From an uncultured bacterium (lineage in GTDB: Bacteria > Babelota > Babeliae > Babelales > RVW-14), in the NCBI GenBank assembly GCA_963759805.1, contig CAVXAT010000004.1:1-64000 (forward strand): a stretch of 64,000 bases of DNA, written 5' to 3'. Positions 58,503 through 64,000 of the stretch are shown here, piece by piece. A program made the translations under genes and the position numbers. The notes under the pieces were generated by a model. The model ran no database searches. It was given only the letters and a program-made list of their open reading frames with translations, and had not been told where the DNA came from. How positions within the stretch are numbered: the first letter of the stretch is position 1; every line of letters starts with the position of its first letter.

Positions 58503-60107
58503 TTATATTCGTAATTGTTTTTTATCAACCTTTCCGGTTGAGTTCATGGGTAGATCTTCCACACATACAAATTTACGAGGGACTTTGTATGCAGCTAAAT
58601 TGCTTAAGCATAAATTGCGTAATGAAGATTCAATACCACGTTGTTGTGATTTAACAGCTACAAAAGCTACAGGAATCTGGCCTGAATCAGGCTCCTCTTG
58701 CCCAATTACGGCTACTTTAAAAACAGCAGGGTGACGAAGAAGAACGTTTTCTATCTCTGCAGGGTAGATATTAAAACCTTTATGTATGATTATATCCTTC
58801 ACTCGACCACAAATTGCAAGATTACCTTGTAGATCGAGTTGTCCAAGATCACCGGTGTTTAACCATTTGTCTATCATGACCTTGGCTGTTGAGGCCGGCG
58901 ATTTGTAGTATCCCATCATAATATTTCCACCACGTATCCACAAATTTCCAATGGTTCCAACCAGTAAAGATTTACCATTGTCGTCACGAATATCGCATTC
59001 GATTCCAATCATAGGTCTGCCAACAACATGTGTTGGCATTGAATGATTATAATAATTTACTGCAACGATGGGTGACGCCTCACTTAATCCGTATCCGGCG
59101 CATATTTTGCGGCCGTAAACCATTCCAAATACTTGTCTGATTTTATCCGGTAACATGTCCGCACCGGATACAAAAATTTTCACAGAATCTAATGGCGCTG
59201 TTTTCATCATACACAAAAGGCCGTACAGTGCGGGAAAGCCTAAAAACAAAGTTGGCTTGTGTTTTAGCCCTTCCAGAATTAATTTTCTATCAATTTTTTG
59301 TACAATTATAATTGATGATCCTGTGATAAGAGGCAGCCATAGGCATGTATTTTGTGCAAAAACATGGAATAATGGTAGAACACAGAAGAATCTTTCTTTA
59401 TCAGTAAGTCCCATCATGTGAAATCTTGCATAAGCCTGAATGGCATTTGTCATTATATTGCAAGAGGAGAGCATGACGCCTTTTGGAATACCTGTTGTTC
59501 CCGATGTGTAAAGTAGTAAGCAAAGCTCGTCGGTTTCAAGTCGTTCTACTTTAAAGTTTGCAAGTTGTTCAGGTACAGACGAGTCATGTATAGATGAGCT
59601 AAAATCAATATCTTGATCAGTAAATATTGGTGGTAGCTTGTCTATGTAATTTTGTGTAACCAGATCTTCCATGGTGCTTTTCAATAAACTTGAGCAAATT
59701 ATGGCTATTGGTTCAGAGTCCTTAATTATGTAAGAAAGTTCCTTGGCATGAAGAAATATGTTAACCGGAACGGCAATTGCACCTGTCTGCCAAACTGCAA
59801 AATATGTGATATAAAAAGCAATTGAATTTTCGGAAAAAATCAGGACTCTATCTCGGGGTTTAATTCCCGATGCTTTAAGTTTTTGGCTAAAAAGAATAGA
59901 TCTGAAATAAAATTCTGTATAAGTAATAGATTGATTTTGGTGTATGAATGCAATGTTATCCGGATATTTTTCATAGGCAATTTTTAATAACTCGCCGGCA
60001 TAGGCCAGGTCACCATTTTTAGTAAAATCACTTAGTATTTTATAAAAAATTGAGTTTTCAATATCGCTATGATTTAAATTACTTTCCCCAAAAAAACTGT
60101 TACTCAT
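58503..60107 (-). CDS. Long-chain fatty-acid-CoA ligase (AMP-binding)
   Basis: YTSGTTGIPKG, GYGLSE, TGDLG, GRVKD, YPAEIE, TGKVDK. Confidence 0.93.
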   Translation of the reverse strand: MSNSFFGESNLNHSDIENSIFYKILSDFTKNGDLAYAGELLKIAYEKYPDNIAFIHQNQSITYTEFYFRSILFSQKLKASGIKPRDRVLIFSENSIAFYITYFAVWQTGAIAVPVNIFLHAKELSYIIKDSEPIAIICSSLLKSTMEDLVTQNYIDKLPPIFTDQDIDFSSSIHDSSVPEQLANFKVERLETDELCLLLYTSGTTGIPKGVMLSSCNIMTNAIQAYARFHMMGLTDKERFFCVLPLFHVFAQNTCLWLPLITGSSIIIVQKIDRKLILEGLKHKPTLFLGFPALYGLLCMMKTAPLDSVKIFVSGADMLPDKIRQVFGMVYGRKICAGYGLSEASPIVAVNYYNHSMPTHVVGRPMIGIECDIRDDNGKSLLVGTIGNLWIRGGNIMMGYYKSPASTAKVMIDKWLNTGDLGQLDLQGNLAICGRVKDIIIHKGFNIYPAEIENVLLRHPAVFKVAVIGQEEPDSGQIPVAFVAVKSQQRGIESSLRNLCLSNLAAYKVPRKFVCVEDLPMNSTGKVDKKQLRI

Positions 60108-60139
60108 AAAAATTCCCATTACTTGCCGCGCCATAGTCC

Positions 60140-60340
60140 TTAAGGGACGGCGGCGGGTTCTACCTTAATTGCCTGAACAGGACAGATATCCGCAGCTTCC
60201 CTTATCAAATCTTCGTATTTTTTTATATCTGCATCAGCTTTTACATGTGCCGTTGCATTGACCTCAAATACTTCCGGACAAATTGATTCACATGTGCCGC
60301 AGGATATACATCCCGGGCTGACATAAACTTTTTTTATCAT
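60140..60340 (-). CDS. Single-cluster ferredoxin
   Basis: CISCGTCESICP...CPVQAI. Confidence 0.92.
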   Translation of the reverse strand: MIKKVYVSPGCISCGTCESICPEVFEVNATAHVKADADIKKYEDLIREAADICPVQAIKVEPAAVP

Positions 60341-60361
60341 TATTTGGTATCCCTGTGAAAC

Positions 60362-60988
60362 TTACTTGCAACAGTCGTCGTCACAATCATCATTACATGA
60401 ATCTTTGAATATATCTACACCGGAAGAGCAGCTCTTTTTTGGGGACTTGCATTTTGACTCGCAACATCCGCAATCCGATTCTTCTTCTGACTCTTCGTCT
60501 TCTTCTGCACAAAGAGCCTCTAAGAAAAGTTCGACATCGCGAAATTTACCTTCGTTTAATGCAGCTTTTAGATCGTCGATAATTGATATTAAGTTTTGTT
60601 TTGAAGAGATGCTTTCCTGTGTGACGTTTGCCTTAAAATCTTCTGTCTCCAAGATCTCTTCGTCTTCATCAATCATCATATTTAAAAGTTCGTTTGCCTT
60701 TTTCTGATCAGGAATAGCAGCGATATGTTTTAATGCTGTAAGTTGTTCAGTTAAAAACTCTATATCTTCTTGCATCTGTTCCGCAACCTTTTCAAGATGG
60801 GCTTGAATCATTGCACGAATACTTGTTAAGCTTTTTAGATCTTGGGCTTGAATATTTTTGCTTTTTAATTTCTCTTCAACGTCATTGGCCATTCCGCCAA
60901 ATATTTTTTCAGATTCTACCAAAGCTTCATTTTGTTTTTCAAGTAAAAAATCGGTTTGTTCAATTAAAGCTTCTAATCTTTTTAACAC
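60362..60988 (-). CDS. Acidic helical protein with a Cys/Asp-rich C-terminal tail
   Basis: TTG start; tail DCGCCESKCK...CNDDCDDDCCK. Confidence 0.7.
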   Translation of the reverse strand: MLKRLEALIEQTDFLLEKQNEALVESEKIFGGMANDVEEKLKSKNIQAQDLKSLTSIRAMIQAHLEKVAEQMQEDIEFLTEQLTALKHIAAIPDQKKANELLNMMIDEDEEILETEDFKANVTQESISSKQNLISIIDDLKAALNEGKFRDVELFLEALCAEEDEESEEESDCGCCESKCKSPKKSCSSGVDIFKDSCNDDCDDDCCK

Positions 60989-61214
60989 AAAATTACCTTT
61001 CAGGTGTTAGTTAGGTGTTAGATTTATTATAAATTTACGTGACATAAAACAGTATACTATATTTTCAGTATTACACAAATAATAATCCAGTCTGAAAATA
61101 TTTTTTATTAATACTTACAAATATTTTCATGAGGAATTTGTTACTTGATATTTCCACCCAATCCAGTTTTTTAGCTAAGATATTTTGTATTTGTAGTAGG
61201 CCTAAATTTATTAA

Positions 61215-61520
61215 CTAGGCATCGTTATAAACATCTTTGCGATGCTTAATGGCTAAAATAATTACTCGCTTATCTTTAATTTGATAAATAATTCGGTAAT
61301 CACCAACTCGTAATCGCCTTAACCCTTTTAAGCTGTATCTCAGCGGCTTTCCAAATCCTATTGGATCAGTAGTTAAACGTTCTTCAATTGCTTGTTTAAT
61401 TTGCACGCACGCAGATTTTGGGAGATCTGAAATGTCATCTGACACTACCTTTTGAATATATTCTACGCTGTATGAATATAAAACATGATTGCTTTTATCT
61501 TTATTTCCAGGCTTTTTCAT
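61215..61520 (-). CDS. RelE/ParE-family toxin
   Basis: GKPLRYSLKGLRRLRVGDYRIIY...IKHRKDVY; start overlaps the antitoxin end. Confidence 0.92.
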   Translation of the reverse strand: MKKPGNKDKSNHVLYSYSVEYIQKVVSDDISDLPKSACVQIKQAIEERLTTDPIGFGKPLRYSLKGLRRLRVGDYRIIYQIKDKRVIILAIKHRKDVYNDA

Positions 61521-61734
61521 GAGAAACAGTTTTTTGAGATTTTTTTTCAAATTCATTTGCACGTTGATCTGCTATAGCAGACAGGGCTACATCCTCATGT
61601 CGTGCAAGAGCATCTAAAATTAGTTCTTTTGCTAGGCCTGATATGGATTTGTGTTTTTTCTTTGCAAGCTGTGTAAGCATGTTTACCTCAAGCGGCTCAA
61701 AGGTAATATTGAAACGTGGTTTTTTTGTTGGCAT
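61501..61734 (-). CDS. RHH (CopG-like) antitoxin
   Basis: MPTKKPRFNITF...SISGLAKELI...ED..L...VSHEKAW. Confidence 0.88.
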   Translation of the reverse strand: MPTKKPRFNITFEPLEVNMLTQLAKKKHKSISGLAKELILDALARHEDVALSAIADQRANEFEKKSQKTVSHEKAWK

Positions 61735-61762
61735 GCAATGCTCCTAAATTTATCTTAATTAT

Positions 61763-61780
61763 TACACCGTTCAAAGTGTA
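61763..61780. promoter_or_regulatory. Possible antitoxin operator
   Basis: TACAC-N8-GTGTA inverted repeat just upstream of the antitoxin gene. Confidence 0.4.
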
Positions 61781-61806
61781 TCACTTTTACATCTCCGATG
61801 CAATAA

Positions 61807-62979
61807 CTATAGACCTATGTGTCTTTTTTCAAGCATCAAAGCATAGGCTTTGCACATAGCCTTTGTCATCTCTTTTTTTACCAGTTCAAAATCTTGGGGT
61901 GTAACCATTGCAGAACTTTTCCTATCTTTGTTAATATTTGATTTGTGCATTTTTGTTAATCCTCCATACTCTTCAAGCGGCATGGAAGGAAGTTTCCAGT
62001 ATGCACCTAAAAAATCAATATTGATGTTATTCATGTCATGACTCAATACAAATATTACACGCATGGTTGCATCATAATGTTTATTATCCATGAGAATAAT
62101 TTTTGATGAAATAAATTCCTCAACCAAAAAATTTTTATTTTTAGTTGAGATCCAGTATTGATATGCCGGATCATCAGGATCTAGGGTGCTTTTATCGACT
62201 AAAATTTTTTTTAACTCCCTGTCAAGCTTGATTCTTTCGACAATTATTATTCCATTGCCGCAGGATGCGTTTAATGGTTTTATTACGTATTTATCGCAAT
62301 TAAGTTTTTTTGCAATATTTCTAGCCAATTTTTTATCATAAATGCATCTGCAGATAATACTTTTGGGACGATATTTTTGGAGTTCCGGATGCTTAAACAA
62401 TTCATTCGTTTCGTATTTACTATTTACAAAAACAGCCGTTGCTTGGTCTGCAATTAAAATATTAGGATGCCGTAAATTGAATTGCGTAAGAAAACTTTTA
62501 CTAAATGATGCCTGGTTTGTGATTACAATTCCGTCATAACTTGAAATTGCACATGTGTTTATAGATGAACTGCTGCCCTTTACATATTTTTTTAAATATT
62601 GGGGATTATCTAATGCTCCAAGTGAGGTGATTAGTTGCCCACCAAATTTTTCTAGATCGTTGAGATTAAAATTGATATTTTTTTTGGCGATGGCGTAATT
62701 TCCCGGAGTTACAATCCAGAATGGTTTTTGAAATTTTGCCAAATATTCCCAAAGGGCTGTCCACGCTTTGCCTTTTCCGTATAATGCATTGTAGCCCTTA
62801 AAGCTTGACCTGGATCCTTGTCCGAATTCGCAAATTTTTATATTTTGGCCATCAAATTTTAGGTCTGCAATGCAAAAAGAGATATCTGCTTGATAATTGC
62901 ACTGGTAAGCACATTGTGCATGACATGAAAAATATGTTCCGGCATAAAGAAATAATAATATTATTACTCGAACAGTCAT
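61807..62979 (-). CDS. Secreted ATP-grasp-fold protein, apparently circularly permuted
   Basis: YRPKS, VIKPLNASCGNGI, FLVEEFI, DATMRV; N-terminal ADLKFDGQNIKICE. Confidence 0.75.
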   Translation of the reverse strand: MTVRVIILLFLYAGTYFSCHAQCAYQCNYQADISFCIADLKFDGQNIKICEFGQGSRSSFKGYNALYGKGKAWTALWEYLAKFQKPFWIVTPGNYAIAKKNINFNLNDLEKFGGQLITSLGALDNPQYLKKYVKGSSSSINTCAISSYDGIVITNQASFSKSFLTQFNLRHPNILIADQATAVFVNSKYETNELFKHPELQKYRPKSIICRCIYDKKLARNIAKKLNCDKYVIKPLNASCGNGIIIVERIKLDRELKKILVDKSTLDPDDPAYQYWISTKNKNFLVEEFISSKIILMDNKHYDATMRVIFVLSHDMNNINIDFLGAYWKLPSMPLEEYGGLTKMHKSNINKDRKSSAMVTPQDFELVKKEMTKAMCKAYALMLEKRHIGL

Positions 62980-62991
62980 TTTCCATCCTTT

Positions 62992-63960
62992 TTATGGGTT
63001 TACGCATTCACCAAACTTGAGAGTTTTAATTTTTTTGTTTTGCAAATCTTTTGAAAATTTTTTCTCTGCTTTTTCTAAAGAATTTAGCGCGGTAGCAAAT
63101 AAATCTGTTCCAAGTCCAAACGTTCCCCAGTGCATCGGAATAAATAGGTCGGCATTTAAATCGATAAATGCCTGAACGGCTTCTTCTGCGCTCATGTGAG
63201 CCTTTTTTACAATCGCTCTTGGCTCAATCGGGCCGATTGGCATTAGCGCGATGTCTATTTTTTTAAATTGTGATGCAATTTGTTTATAATGCTCGGCATA
63301 AGCAGAATCTCCTGCAAAATAAATATTTGAATGGTCTGTCTGTATCATCCAACTTCCCCAAAGATATTTATTTATGTCGAACAATCCTCTATTTGACCAA
63401 TGAATAGCGGGTAAAAAATGTAACTTAATTTGCTTATGTTCAAATTTTTCCCACCATGTAAATTCTTGAACTACATTAAAACCCTGTTTAGTGAAAAAAT
63501 GCTTACTTCCCTTCGGGGCAAGTAATATGGTGTTGCTGTTTCTCTTTTGAAGAAAAGCCAAACTTGGTTCATCGACATGGTCTCTGTGCATGTGTGAAAT
63601 AATTATAAGATCGATTTGAGGTAAATCTGCAAGCGGAATCCCAAGTTGCATTTTACGTGGATATGATGGAAATCCCATGTATGTGATATCAAAGAAAACC
63701 GGATCTGTGATAATATTTATATTTTCAACTTGAATTAGAAAAGTTGAGTGTCCTAACCATGTGATCAATGGGGTTTTGCTCGTAGCTACGATTTTTGTTG
63801 TTGTAGTCCAATCTTGGATCTGAAAATTTTCAGGAAAAAAGCTTGACGGAGAATCTACTTTTTGTTTAAAAAATATATTAATACTGTCACTAAAGTGATG
63901 AGGGTCTTCATTTTTATAGTTAAAAAACTGCTTAGAAACTGGATTAAAGTAAGGCATCAT
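62992..63960 (-). CDS. MBL-fold metallo-hydrolase (NAPE-PLD/RomA-like)
   Basis: ITWLGHST, TDPVF, ISHMHRDH, HWSNR, YFAGDS, PMHWGTF. Confidence 0.92.
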   Translation of the reverse strand: MMPYFNPVSKQFFNYKNEDPHHFSDSINIFFKQKVDSPSSFFPENFQIQDWTTTTKIVATSKTPLITWLGHSTFLIQVENINIITDPVFFDITYMGFPSYPRKMQLGIPLADLPQIDLIIISHMHRDHVDEPSLAFLQKRNSNTILLAPKGSKHFFTKQGFNVVQEFTWWEKFEHKQIKLHFLPAIHWSNRGLFDINKYLWGSWMIQTDHSNIYFAGDSAYAEHYKQIASQFKKIDIALMPIGPIEPRAIVKKAHMSAEEAVQAFIDLNADLFIPMHWGTFGLGTDLFATALNSLEKAEKKFSKDLQNKKIKTLKFGECVNP

Positions 63961-64000
63961 AAGATTTGGATTGGGGTTTGATATGGAGCTTGTGATAGGC

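Noticed and set aside
1610..63020. Numerous short antisense or overlapping ORFs in the track
   Set aside because: They shadow well-supported genes and lack RBS or motifs

Overview
AT-rich (visually ~35-38% GC) bacterial chromosome segment with no rRNA, tRNA or CRISPR array that I could recognise. Housekeeping genes (gatB, rne/rng, pal-like, acpS, skp, lpxD, prs, pth, ppsA, glmM, lptF/G-like, uppS, gpsA, holB, tmk, fadD-like, fdx) are interleaved with many signal-peptide-bearing orphan or eukaryote-like proteins (WD40, LRR, kinase-like, ATP-grasp). That mix suggests a host-associated diderm such as Ca. Dependentiae/Babeliae (inference only). The window also holds a type IV pilus/T2SS-competence cluster (pilB, pilO/P-like, pilQ, comM), an IS982-family element and two toxin-antitoxin modules. 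Most notable: (1) a tandem array of secreted WD40 genes with near-identical DNA repeats that vary at a few fixed codons; (2) a modular family of small palindromic elements with swappable sub-hairpins, one inserted in frame inside prs; (3) a 1982-aa exported protein paired with a beta-barrel-like protein behind a long leader; (4) a DUF4160/DUF2442 cassette bracketed by a duplicated 45-bp terminator; (5) a secreted, apparently circularly permuted ATP-grasp protein; (6) three frameshifts within 1.4 kb (herA, skp, lpxD).
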